From assembly GCA_050951805.1 (NCBI GenBank), contig JBMNJT010000001.1:15814-79813 (forward strand): 64,000 nucleotides of DNA, in the 5' to 3' direction. Shown here one piece after another: positions 29,931 to 42,200 of this stretch. Position 1 is the first letter of the stretch; each line of letters opens with the position of its first letter. The notes under the pieces were generated by a model. That model was not told the origin of the DNA and ran no database searches. It saw nothing but the letters and a program-made list of their open reading frames with translations. Both the position numbers and the translations under genes were made by a program. The stretch comes from Bacillota bacterium (GTDB lineage Bacteria > Bacillota > DTU025).

Positions 29931-29966
29931 AAAAGCGAAGCCTATGCAATTGCGATAGAGCCTCGC
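29931..29966 (-). terminator. Intrinsic terminator after barrel gene 2
   Basis: GCGAGGC...GCTTCGC hairpin followed by TTTTCTCTTTC; homologous to 40609-40648. Confidence 0.6.
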
Positions 29967-29993
29967 ATATCTCTCTATGTGCGTCGCGTTTGG

Positions 29994-30872
29994 CTAGAAC
30001 TTCATCCCCAGCGACAGCCTGTGGCTGTCAGGTAGGGTATTGTGGTGCTGGTAGGCGTAATCGATGTTGAAGGTCGCTGCTTCAAAGCCTGCCCCTGCAG
30101 TGAGGCATGTTCCATTCCCGCCAAAAGAGCCACCTGCGCGGAGCGCCATCTGGCGGAATCTGTACTCTGCCCCCACCTTCCCGGAAAAACCGTTGTCCAT
30201 CACGGCATCCGCCGCAACGAGCAAGTTCTCCATGGGCTCGAAGGCAACTCCAAGTCCAAACGCCGGGTCAAACGCATCCTCCGCACCACTGGAGTAGGTC
30301 ACCTTGCCAAAGAGGTTCCTGCCGACTGCCCCCACGCGAATCTTGTCATCCGCCATGGAATACAAAACTCCCATGTCAGCCGTGAAGCCTTTCCCCGAGT
30401 TTTCGGGCAGCGTCTCTTGGTAGTACTTGACCGCCGCGCCGACACTCAGGTTCGGCATTACCGTCATGCCATAGCCTGCCATCACAGCAGTACTAGCCAC
30501 ACCAAATGTGCCAATCTCGTTTGCGAATTCATCTGTTTCTTCTATCCCGGAAGCGTCGAGCCTCAGGATTCCCGCGCCGATGTGTCGTGCCACGCCTCCT
30601 AACGCGAGGTACCCTGCTGCTCCATATTGGTTTGTATACAGCGATGTGATATCTATTCCATCAATTACGCCCAGGCCTGCCGGGTTGTAATATATGACGG
30701 AGGCGTCATCTGCCACCGCAATATGGGCGCCGCCCATTCCAAGCGCCCGCGCCCCCATGCCAAGTCCCATCATCGCCGCCGTTCCCACCGGATCGTCCTC
30801 GGCGAATGCAGCTGATGCGGGAATCAAGGCAATTACGAGCACGAGCGCAAGCACTGTTTTCTTGATTCGCAT
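29994..30872 (-). CDS. PorV/PorQ (FadL-like) outer-membrane beta-barrel, copy 2
   Basis: 292 aa, 7 substitutions from copy 1 by my count; ends LSLGMKF. Confidence 0.85.
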   Translation of the reverse strand: MRIKKTVLALVLVIALIPASAAFAEDDPVGTAAMMGLGMGARALGMGGAHIAVADDASVIYYNPAGLGVIDGIDITSLYTNQYGAAGYLALGGVARHIGAGILRLDASGIEETDEFANEIGTFGVASTAVMAGYGMTVMPNLSVGAAVKYYQETLPENSGKGFTADMGVLYSMADDKIRVGAVGRNLFGKVTYSSGAEDAFDPAFGLGVAFEPMENLLVAADAVMDNGFSGKVGAEYRFRQMALRAGGSFGGNGTCLTAGAGFEAATFNIDYAYQHHNTLPDSHRLSLGMKF

Positions 30873-31520
30873 TTTCCGCCCTCCTTAAGGTCAAGCTAAG
30901 GAAGTCTGGGCAGTCGCACGCGCGACCACCCAGACCCATGCATCTATCTGCTCACAACAAGACGCCCGACCTCAGATCTCTCCTCACCGGCTATCACGAC
31001 GTAGAGGTATACGCCGTTTGCCACCGGCTTGCCTGATGAATGGAGGTTCCATTCATGGGCATTCGCCGTGGCTGAAAGCTCTGCAGAGTGCACGAGGCGT
31101 CCTGCGATGTCGTATACGTAGAGCGTTCCGTCAGATGCGATGTCGTAGTAGAACGTTACCAGATCAGAAGTGGGGTTCGGAGCCGCCACTACAGCGCGAG
31201 TGAGCGCGATCACCGTGAACTCCTCGCTCGTGGCATCTCCGGACGCGCCTTCTGGGTCAACTGCTGTGATTCGGATTCTGTACTTCCCTCCACGCTCCAG
31301 TTTTGAGGTATCCCAGATGTATTTACCGGTGTTGGGCATCTCAGATGCTATGGCCTGCCAATCCCCGCCTGATGCAGGCTTGTACTCAAGGGTTATCTTG
31401 AGCGTATCTGCATCATCATCGGGATCGAAGGCCTCCCACTCGATCATCGCCTCGCCCGTTAGGACCTGGCCTGCCGTAGGCCTTACGATCTCGACTTCCG
31501 GCGGAAGGTTGATGATCTCT
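29994..31520 (-). repeat. About 1.5-kb direct repeat copy B
   Basis: Nearly identical to copy A; boundaries approximate. Confidence 0.9.
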
Positions 31521-34500
31521 ATCTCGCGCGTTATCGAGCTAGCTACATTGTCGTCATCTATCACTGTCAGCTTAACCGCGAACGTGCCTGTAGAGCTGTA
31601 TACGTGCTCAGGGCTCCACTGGGCACTCGTGCCCCCATCTCCGAACTCCCAGAACCATGCGACTATATCGCCATCATCGGAGGACTCGTTGGTGAACTTC
31701 ACGGCTTCGCCAACCTTCGCTGGCGACGGCCTGAAGTTGAACGCCGCGATCGGCGTCGCATTCCCCACCTGAATAGTCTTTATCGCGGTTCCTGTCAGCC
31801 CGCCGTTGTCGGTGACAGTGAGCGTTATCTCGAACTCGCCCTTCTGGGTGTATTGGTGCTCTGGGCTCTCCTGGTCGCTTTCCGCACCATCCCCGAACTC
31901 CCAATGCCACGCCACGATCTCACCGTCATCAGTCGACTCGTCGACGAACTTCACCTTGTCGCGCCGTGTGGCGGGGGACGGGGTGAAGCTGAAGTCGGCG
32001 TTCGGGGCGAGGTTTACGATGGTAAACTCGTCCGTCACGAACTCGTGGAACGCGCCTTCCGGGTCGGTGACTCTTGCCCTCAACCGGAAGGCATCGCCGG
32101 CTTCGCCCACTAGGGTGGTGTTCCATTCGAAGGAGCCGGTGTTGGCAAGCCCTGTCCCGAGCTCATGCCATGTCTCGCCATCGCGAGTCCATGCCAGATC
32201 GATCAGGAGCTCGTCTTCGTCATCATCGTGGTCCGTCGCTACCCATGTGATCTCGTATTCCCCGTGCAGCTCATCTCCGCCCACAGGCGCCGTAATCGCG
32301 ACGCTAGGTGCGGCGTTAACCTTGATCGTCACCGGGACGGTAGCAAACGGATAAAGCGGGTTATCGGCCGCTACACATAAGCGAAGCGAGTATGTGCCGT
32401 ACGCTGCGTCAGGGGATCCGAGCGTCAGCTGGACCTCCTGGCTTCCGCCGGGCACAATGTACCCCGACGACGGGTTGACCCTGAGGATCGACTCGATCGG
32501 CGCGAAGATTATCGCTAAGCCATCCTCGATGTAGGGGGCGTTGTAGACCACCTGCAGGCCATCTGTGCCCGTGGCGTTCTCAATACCCACCGTGGCGCCT
32601 GTCACGTCAGCGGTCATCTCGAGGTATTGGAATATGATCGTGCCGTCAGGATACAGTATCGCCTGGAATGTATAGTCCCCAGAGTCAGTCCGCCCCGGCA
32701 CCGCCTGGTATTCCACGATGAAGCTGCCTGCTTCCTGGTCGTGATAGTAATAGACGTTGCCGCCACTACCCGGATTGAGGTCATCCCAGAAGATCGCAAT
32801 CAGGTCGTTGGGGTCGGATGAATCAGGTATGGGAGTATTCGTCCATTCGCTCCTCGTCATCCCGAACGTCAGGTATCCGTTGGAGCAGATGCGAACCTCA
32901 GTCTTCATCTCCCCGTAGAACGGGAAGGGGAACGGAAGATCCACATCGACAAAGGACTCGTCGTACAGTTTCACCCCGGTTCCGACGTCGCTGATTTCGA
33001 ACCAATCGAACGCGGGACCACCGTCATGGTTGCTGTCCATCCAGATGTACCCACATCCGGCAGGTTCGCCATCGGGATTTTTGGGAAGGTCCGGCACAAT
33101 CGATATTTCGAAATTCATCGGCGCCACGCCTGTGTTGCTCACTGTCAAGACAGCCTGCTCTTCTTCACCGGCTTGAATGATCGCATTGATCTCGCCTGGT
33201 TCAACCCCAAGCACAGGCAGCCATTTGACTGTAACTGCAAGCTCGGCAATCGCCTCGACTTCGTTTTCATCTATTGCGTGGAAGGTCGCTTTGTATACTC
33301 CGACGTCAGTGTATACATGCTCTGTTGCGGCTTTATGCACCAGGTCGCTGCCATCGCCGAAATCCCACCAGATATCAATTATGTCGGTAGCACCCGGTTC
33401 GGTCACTGCATTGAATGCCACCTTAAGCGGCGGCTCGCCTATGGTCGGCGTCGCAGTGGCTTCGGCAATGGTAGGCCCTGCCTCGATGTGGACGATCAAG
33501 TCCACGTTGAGTATGGCGTTTTCGGGGTCGTTAGTCCTTATTCTCAAGTAACGCCTCACATCATCGCCCGGCTTGCCCAGCGCTTCAGCGTTGATCGTGA
33601 CATCCAGTTCTTCGGTTTCGCCCATGGCAACTGTGCCGTCTATTGAAGACATGGCAATTCCCGGCGCCCATGGCATGTCGGTGCTCACGAGGTACACGCG
33701 GCTATTATCTATCGATACAACCCACAGGTTGCCATCGCTGTTGAGCGCAAGTCCACCTCCATGGTACTCTCCGCCGAATGGATGCGGGAACTGGTGCACG
33801 ACTTCGAGCGCGTCGAGATCGAGCCCGAATATCATGTCGGGAGAGCCGTTGTTCGATACCCACAGGATTCCGTCTGGGTGCCATGCAAGTCCAGCTATGC
33901 CTACTGGGAACTTATAGGCGCTGATCACCGAGCCGGGGCTCTCGTGGCTTGGCCCATTGATATGGTAGATGATGTCCTCGTCCCATCCGCCGATGAAGAA
34001 GGTATCATCTTCCGCCCTGTAAGCAAGGCCCCGTTGCGATGAGTATGTCCAAGGCCCATCCGTGATCTTCATGACCACTGCGCCTGTTTCAGGGTCAAGT
34101 CCGTATATGCCGTTGTCTCCGCCCACGTTGACCTGCCACATCAGGTCTCGGTTGGCGTCATAGGCCATGTCGGCCACCCACGATCCTGCCCACGGCGTAC
34201 GGAATATCAGCCCGGTGTGGGCGCCTTCCGGCGTCACAACATGATCCTTCTTGGCCTGCGCATCGGAGATCCAGAGGTTGCCATCGAAGCCAACGCCCCA
34301 TGGCATATCGATCTGGGAAGGCACAGGCCACGACGTGATTACGTCTCCAACTGCGCCCGGCTCGATGGAGGCTGCGATTTTCTCGACCAACTCAGGCGCG
34401 ATCGAGGCATAGAGTCCTTCAGCTGTTCTCGCGTTTTCATCCATTACAACGCCCACACGCTCGGGCATTGCAATCGTCGGAGCGCCTCCGCTCTTTACCC

Positions 34501-37500
34501 TCACCTTGAACTCGAGGTCGGCATTGCCCTCAACGTTGCCCAAGGCGACAGTCTTCGTGACGCTGCCGCGAGGTGACAGGGTGACTTCGATCGTTTCAGG
34601 CTCGCAAGTCGCACGAGGCAGCCACTTCGCTTCCACCTCGAAGCTGGCCTTATCCTCCACGCCCAGCTGGTCAAGTACTGAGAAAGTTGCAATGTATTTT
34701 CCCGGTTGAGTATAGCTGTGCGTCACATCAAGCTCGCTTGAGGATGTTCCATCCCCGAAATCCCAGCCATAGCTTGCGATCGGGACTTCAGGCGCGTCAA
34801 ACTCCGCGTTAAATGCGACTTCAAGCGGGGGTTCGCCAAACGTGGGCTCCGCAGTTGCCCGCGTGATAACGGGAGGCGCCGCCACCTCCAAAGCCACCGG
34901 CACGATGATCAGCGGGTTTTCTATATCGTTCGTCCCGAGCACTACATTGGCTTCGTGCCTGCCGGGACCGAGCCGCTCGCTGTTGACTGTGATAGTAATC
35001 GGCGCTGTGCCGCCCACCGGCACGCTGCCTTCCATCGGGCTGCCAAGTCAGCCAATCGCCGGCGCCGATCGGCCCAAGGCCGGTCTCCACCAGGTACATG
35101 GTGTTATTGGCCTGAGATGCAACCCAAAGGTTGCCATCAGGACCGAACTCGCATCCCGCGCCTGAGTAATCGCCGTTGTAGGGATGCGTGAACTGTGCGA
35201 TAACGGCATGGCTTCCCGGATGGATCAAATAGATCATGTCAGGCGATGAGTTTGCGGTCGCCACGAGTATGTCGGCCACGGGGTGGTATGCAAGGCCTGC
35301 GATGCCCACCGGCAGTGACCACTGCTCCACTATCTGACCGGGCGTGTTCCACGATTCGCCTTTGATCTTGTAGATGATGTCCTCGTCCCAACCGCCGATG
35401 TAGAAAGGTATCATCGTTGCGATTGTAGGCCAGACCGCGCTGGGAAATCCTTGTCCAACCGGGTCCAGATATTGATCCCACGACTGCGCCATTAGCGGGG
35501 TCAAGCTTGTAGATAGCGTTGTCGCCGCCTACATTGACCTGCCAGATATACTCGCCGTCGAATGCCAAGTCGCCGGCCCAGGATCCGCCGAAATTGGCGG
35601 CCCAGCTCGTTCCCGTGTATGCCCCTTCGGGTGTCACGATGTAGTCGGCTGTGGGTGTGGAATCGGGGTCGGATATTACCAGGTTCTGTGTGTCAAACAA
35701 GACCCCCACACCCCAACCTGAGGAGATAGGGCTAGGACACCGCCATCTCGTTATCACTGAGCCCACGGTGTCGGGAAGCCACTCTGATCTTTCAGGATTT
35801 GGATGTGCTCCGTACACTCCCATGGCTGTCCGAGCCTGAGCGTCTTTGATATCTTCCGGAAGCACCAGTCTCTCCGGCATCTGCGCTAGGTTCGGGAACT
35901 CGCCGTTTCCGAAATGGAGAGCACCGGGCCCCGCATTGGAGAGAGTGACTGTTCCTGTCGCCGTCTGTCCGACGCCGATTGTGAAATTCAACTGCCCCGG
36001 ATGCCAGCTAGCAGAGGCGGCCTCCGCAACAGTCACCTTCATCGTGGCAGTAGTGATGTATCCGTCGTTGTCCACAGCTGTGAACGTAGCCGTGTATACT
36101 CCCGCAGCTGTGTAGACGTGGCTGGCAACGAATTCGTGGACGACCGGGGAGCCATCCCCGAACGACCAGTGTTTATCGACTATCGAACCGTCGGGATCAT
36201 GTGCCGCTCCAACGAACTGGAACGATGTTCCCGGAGGTCCCTGCTGAGGATTGACAGCGCATGCCCTGATCTCCGGCGGACTGTTCGGGATTATCTGGAT
36301 GTTGACGGGCACTATTGTCCTCGGTTTTCGGACATCGTTGGTATGGAGCACGACCGCGCCATCCCGCGTACCCGATCTGACCATCCCGAGGTCAAATGTG
36401 ACATCGAGGTCGATGCTCTCTCCGGGCGCTACCTCACCCTGGGCGGGCGCTATCGACATCCAGCTGACAGGTTTGATCTCGATTGCCAGGCCGTTGCGCA
36501 TGTAGCCTTCTCTATTATTGAGCACCTCGAGGCCATCTGTGCCAGTGGCATTCTCGATGCCGATGGTGCCTTTCCCCTTATATGAACTGATAAACCGCAT
36601 ATCGAGGTATTGGTACACAATCTTGCCATCGGGATAAAGGATGGCCTGGAACGTGTATTCGCCGCTCTCAGGATAACGCGGCACTTTATTCCACTCGACT
36701 ATGAAGCAGTTGTTGACTGTATCGTGATAGTAGAAGACGCCGCCATCGGTCGGAGCCTGGGGCGGATTGAGGTCGTCCCAGTAAACGGCCATCATGTCGT
36801 TTGGTTCATCCGAGGTAGGGATGGGTTTGTTTGCCCATGCATTTCCCTTCGTGCCAAACGTGAGATAACCGTCTGAACAGATCCTGATGGAGGTCTTCGT
36901 GTCTCCGTAGAACGGGAAGTCGAACGGAAGATCGACAACCCTGGAATCGTCGCCTGTCAGGGGAAGTTTCGTGCCGATTTCGCCGATTTCAACCCAATCG
37001 AAAACGGGTCCGCCCGATTCGTCTGAATCGCGCCATATGTATCCGAACCCATCCGGTCCGCCAACGCCGAGCGTACTAAGCGCCCCGTCCTCTGTCGGGA
37101 CTCCGCCCGTAAACGCCTCTGCGCTGAAAATCAACGCGGCCTCCCCCATATTCGTCACGGTAAGGGTCTCGGTCTTCTGCCGATGGGCCCGCACAGCCTG
37201 ATGGAATGTCTGCGGGTCCACGCTCGCCTCCGGCAGATCTGCCACAACAATAGTGACGCTTTCTTCGGCGATGAGGCCATCATCATCGGTCACGGTGAAC
37301 GTGGCCGTATACTCCCCGTCCGCCTCGTAGGTATGAACTGGCGCGAAAACGCCCGTTACGGGGTGACTGCCATCGCCAAAATCCCATTCGATAGCGGCTA
37401 TTTCTCCATCGGCATCTTCCGCAACCGCGGAAAACTCGACCGCAAGCGGCGCACTGCCTATCCGCGGATCAGCCGAAATCGATCTTATCACAGGCGGGAT

Positions 37501-40194
37501 GATGGATTTGGCAAACATGAATGTATCGACATCGACCTGCGGGTTCACAGGATCGTTGCTGAGGATTTTGATCGTTGCCTTCCAAGTCCCCTGTGGCAAG
37601 TTGTGGGCTGCAAAGGCTGCTGTGAGCGTGTCGGATTCGCCTGGCGCGACTGTTCCCGCAGTCTTGTCCAACACGACCCATCCCGGCACGAATAGCACGC
37701 CGAGATTGTCATGGACATAATTCTCGTCGTAAGCCACCTGAAGCCCTATAGTGCCAGTTGCGTTCTCGATTCCGATTGTAGCCTCGTCGAGACGCGTCCC
37801 CATCATCTTGTAGAGGTATGTGATGTTTCCCCCCGGAGTCAGCGTGGCCTGGAACGTGTAAGGTCCCCCTCTGCCATAGCGCTGAACGTCCTGATACTGC
37901 ACGACGAATTTCTGGTCGTCGCCGTAATAGAAGACCTTGCCATCGCCTTTCTGCGGTTCAAGGTCATCCCAGAAGATTGCGATCAGGTCATTTGGCTCTC
38001 TGGTATCCGGTACGGAATGATTGTTGTACGCGGTGCCATTGTCGCCAAATGTCAAGTATCCGTTGGAGGAAATCCGTATCGAATCCTTGATATCCCCGTA
38101 GAAGGGGAACTCGAACGGGAGGTTGACTACGACGCTGTCCTCTCCCTCGAGGGTTACCCCGGTTCCAACCTCGGAAATCTCGAACCACTCGGGCATGACG
38201 ACCCCTGCCTCATCGCTGTCTGTCCAGAAGTAGCCATGCTCATCAGGGCCTCCGGATCCCAGCTTTCCTATGGGAATGGCTGTTCCGGACGTGTCTACCA
38301 TGCCTATAAGCTGGAGTTCGGCCGTATAATCGAGGCTCCCCAGCCCATCATTACTGATGGTGATCGCCTTTTCACAGGTCTCTCCCCATTCGAGCCTGGT
38401 ATGGATCTCAGTGGGCTCCACTCCGATCACAGACGCAAAGAAGACGTGAATCTGCACGGCAGCGCTGGCGTCTATGCCAGCGGTATTCACTACGTGGAAT
38501 GAGGCGTCATAAAACCCCTCTTCCTCGTAAGTATGTACTGCATCCCATTCGTGCACGGTCTCGCTGCCATCACCGAAATCCCACCACATATCGAGGATTT
38601 CGCCTTCGGGCGTCTCGGCCATCGCGCTGAAACTGACCTCAAGAGGCGGCGGACCCCACGTGGGAGTTGCCTCTATCGAAGTTATTATCGGCGCTCTCTG
38701 GCCCGCGATGGCATTTGCCAAGTTGAGCCGACCCCCTGTGAGCACCTTCCCCTCATACTGCGGGAAGACGTCGACACTACCTAAGATCATATCCTTGATA
38801 GTGACCGTATCATCCCCCATGCCAGCGGTTCTATAGAGGGGCACATGCGGGTACATGCTCCGCAAGAGCGCAGCGGCGCCAGATACGTGCGGCGTGGCCA
38901 TCGAAGTGCCGTAGAAGAAGGCGTAAGCCTCGCTGGGCTCTGCCTCGGGTGGATCAGGCGGAACGGTGGACAAAATGTATCCGCCGGGAGCGAAGAGGTC
39001 GACAGTCCTCTCGCCATAGCACGTGCTCCACCAGCCGGCGTAATTGCATGGCATCTCATTTTGCATCATGGCGGCTACTGAAATGATGTTCGCCGAATCA
39101 TAGCTCGATGGATAGTGCGGATGGATATCCGTGTTGTCACCGGAGTTGCCCGCCGCGCATACAACGAGCATGCCCGATGCTTCTATGGCGTCCTTGAGCA
39201 CCTGTTGGTATGGTCCCCCGCCCCAACTGCAGCTCGCTATCTGCGCGCCCTTGTCTGCAGCATACTGCAGGGCGAGGATGGCGTCGGATGTATAGCCGCC
39301 CCCGGGGCCAATGAACTTTAGGGGCATAATCCTGACGTTCCAGTTGATCCCAGTCACACCCATACTATTGTCTGACTGGGCACCAATCGTTCCGGCGCAG
39401 TGAGTTCCGTGGTTGTCGTTGAGATATCCATATTCGTCACGTTCATCGGGGTCAAACACACTGTTGTCATTATTGGCAAAATCCCAACCCCAGAAATCGT
39501 CAACATAGCCGTTGCCATCATCGTCCACTCCGGGTTCCCCGTTCATTTCCGACTCGTTGACCCAAATGTTGGCGATAAGGTCGGGGTGTTGGATGTAGCA
39601 GCCGCTGTCAATGACGGCCACAATGATCTCATCTGTGCCTGTATGGACGGCCCAAGCTTCGGGGGCATCGATGTCCGCATTATTGACGGGATCGCCCGAC
39701 ATCTCGGGGTCCTTGTACTGGCAGTCCTCATTATGGAGGCCCCACATCCTCTCGAAATAGGTATCGTTTGGGACAATAGGGGCACCTGTGTGAGCTTGGT
39801 CTTTGTAGCAAATGTAGTCTCGTTCGGCATAAAGAATCCCCGGAGCATTGCTCAGCCTTGATATTGCCGATTCAGGGCTGACCCTCTCGGGAAGTTCCAC
39901 GATTCCGAATTTTGCACCGCTTGGAAATGTCGCGGTAGCTTTGAAGTCAGCAACTCGATACATTGAGTATCCTAGCCGCTCTATCGAATTGGTAGCAGCA
40001 TTTGTAGTAATCGTATCTGAAAAACGCACTATTACCTTGTTGGGATGATAGGTATCAGGACCGGGCTGCCATCCACCACAAAGCCCTGCCTGAGACCATA
40101 CATCCGAGGCGCCTTCAACAGCAGCGCAAGGTATGACCAATAACAGGATCAGTGCAGCAATAAACATCGACCTGTTTCTCCGACTATCAGCCAT
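30944..40194 (-). pseudogene. Giant S8 subtilase 2, broken by two +1 frameshifts (pseudogene or sequencing error); about 3082 aa if repaired
   Basis: ORFs 35239-40194, 34821-35504 and 30944-35035 are collinear pieces of the paralogue. Extra base in AAA 35404-35406 (ACCTTTCTAC vs ACCTTCTAC in giant 3) and in GGG 35037-35039. Catalytic motifs intact (VIDSG, HGTHCAG, GTSMATPHV). Confidence 0.85.
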
Positions 40195-40477
40195 ATACTG
40201 CTTCGTCTCCTTTCCACTCAGGTTTCTTCCTAGATGTTTTGGAACATTTACATCAATGCAACAACTACTGAATAATCATGAACAACACCGTTTGGTCGAC
40301 TTGCGCCTGCTTCGGACATCACCTCCAGTCTCGTTAAACCTGGGCGCAAAAGCTGTATGAGGAGTAGAACTGGCATTCGAGCAGTTGTATAAGAACATTT
40401 ATGCGGCGAGTGGTGGGATGGGAGTTACCGTCATTCCTCCCATATTACAGGATATGCGCCCATAGATGTCACTGAAC

Positions 40478-40505
40478 AATACGACCACTATACCACAATC
40501 ACTTC
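40478..40505 (-). promoter_or_regulatory. Degenerate SigH-like promoter upstream of giant 2
   Basis: GAAGTGATT-N11-GTCGTATT at the position homologous to 29796-29823 and 51542-51569. Confidence 0.35.
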
Positions 40506-40608
40506 TAAAATTACAAAGATTCGATGAAGAATGACAATATAGCGCAAACACAGCATGACGTAGCTGTCAGTGTTTGTCACTGCCGTTTTATTCACCCATC
40601 TGCTTGAG

Positions 40609-40648
40609 AAAAAAAGGCGAGGCTCATGCTATTGCAACAGAGCCTCGC
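40609..40648 (-). terminator. Intrinsic terminator after barrel gene 3
   Basis: GCGAGGCTC...GAGCCTCGC stem followed by a T7 run on the minus strand. Confidence 0.8.
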
Positions 40649-40675
40649 ATATCTCTCTATGTACGTCGCGTTTGG

Positions 40676-41554
40676 CTAGAACTTCATTCCCAGCGACAGC
40701 CTGTGGCTGTCTGGCAAGGTACTATGGTGCTGGTATGCATAATCGATGTTGAAAGTAGCTACCCCAAACCCTGCTCCTGCAGTGAGGCATGTTCCATTCC
40801 CGCCAAAAGAGCCACCTGCGCGGAGCGCCATCTGGCGGAATCTGTACTCTGCCCCCACCTTCCCGGAAAAACCGTTGTCCATCACGGCATCCGCCGCAAC
40901 GAGCAAGTTCTCCATGGGCTCGAAGGCAACTCCAAGTCCGAATGCGCGGTCGAAGGCATCCTCCGCACCACTGGAGTAGGCCACCTTGCCGAAGAGGTTC
41001 CTTCCGACCGCGCCCACGCGGATCTTGTCATCCGCCATGGAATACAAAACTCCCATGTCAGCCGTGAAGCCTTTCCCCGAGTTTTCGGGCAGTGTCTCTT
41101 GGTAGTACTTGACCGCCGCACCGACGCTCAGGTTCGGCATTACCGTCATGCCGTAGCCTGCCATCACAGCGGTACTAGCCACACCAAATGTACCAATCTC
41201 GTTTGCGAATTCATCTGTTTCTTCTATCCCGGAAGCGTCGAGCCTCAGGATTCCCGCGCCGATGTGTCGTGCCACGCCTCCTAACGCGAGGTACCCTGCT
41301 GCTCCATATTGGTTTGTATACAGCGATGTGATATCTATTCCATCAATTACGCCCAGGCCTGCCGGGTTGTAGTATATGACGGAGGCGTCATCTGCCACCG
41401 CAATATGGGCTCCGCCCATTCCAAGCGCCCGCGCCCCCATGCCAAGTCCCATCATCGCCGCCGTTCCCACCGGATCGTCCTCGGCGAATGCAGCTGCTGC
41501 GGGAATCAGGGCAATTACGAGCACGAGCGCAAGCACTGTTTTCTTGATTCGCAT
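40676..41554 (-). CDS. PorV/PorQ (FadL-like) outer-membrane beta-barrel, copy 3
   Basis: 292 aa, 7 substitutions from copy 1 by my count; ends LSLGMKF. Confidence 0.85.
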   Translation of the reverse strand: MRIKKTVLALVLVIALIPAAAAFAEDDPVGTAAMMGLGMGARALGMGGAHIAVADDASVIYYNPAGLGVIDGIDITSLYTNQYGAAGYLALGGVARHIGAGILRLDASGIEETDEFANEIGTFGVASTAVMAGYGMTVMPNLSVGAAVKYYQETLPENSGKGFTADMGVLYSMADDKIRVGAVGRNLFGKVAYSSGAEDAFDRAFGLGVAFEPMENLLVAADAVMDNGFSGKVGAEYRFRQMALRAGGSFGGNGTCLTAGAGFGVATFNIDYAYQHHSTLPDSHRLSLGMKF

Positions 41555-42200
41555 TTTCCGCCCTCCTTAAGGTCGTGCAAATCTGTGAAGTCCGGGCAGT
41601 CGCTTGTGCGACCGCCCAGACCTATGCATCTATCTGCTCACAACAAGACGCCCGACCTCAGATCTCTCTTCACCGGCTATCACGACGTAGAGGTATACGC
41701 CGTTTGCCACCGGCTTGCCTGATGAATGGAGGTTCCATTCATGGGCATGCGCCGTGGCTGAAAGCTCTGCAGAGTGCACGAGGCGTCCTGCGATGTCGTA
41801 TACGTAGAGCGTTCCGTTTGCTGCGATGTCGTAGTAGAACGTTACTACATCAGAAGTCGGGTTCGGAGCAGCCACTACAGTGCGAGTGAGTGCAATTACC
41901 GTGAACTCCTCGCTTATGGCCTCTCCGGATGCGCCTTCTGGGTCGACTGCTGTGATTCGGATCTCATACTTGCCTCCGCGCTCCAGCTTGGAGGTATCCC
42001 AGACGTATTTACCGGTGTTGGGCACCTCAGATGCTATGGCCTGCCAATCCCCGCCTGATGCAGGCTTGTATTCAAGAGTGATCTTGAGTTTGTCCGCATC
42101 ATCGTCTGGATCAACAGCCTCCCACTCGATCATCGCCTCGCCCGTTAAGACCTGGCCTGCTGTGGGCGTTATGATCTCAACTTCCGGCGGGAGGTTGATG
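40676..42200 (-). repeat. About 1.5-kb direct repeat copy C
   Basis: Nearly identical to copies A and B, slightly more diverged towards 42200; boundaries approximate. Confidence 0.88.

Noticed and set aside
30944-35035. 1363-aa ORF as an independent protease-less adhesin gene
   Set aside because: It starts mid-domain with no RBS or signal peptide and is the frameshifted 3' part of giant 2.
19855-42200. The 1.5-kb triplicated block as an insertion sequence or pure assembly duplication
   Set aside because: No transposase, terminal inverted repeats or target duplications; the copies carry distinct substitutions and different flanks.
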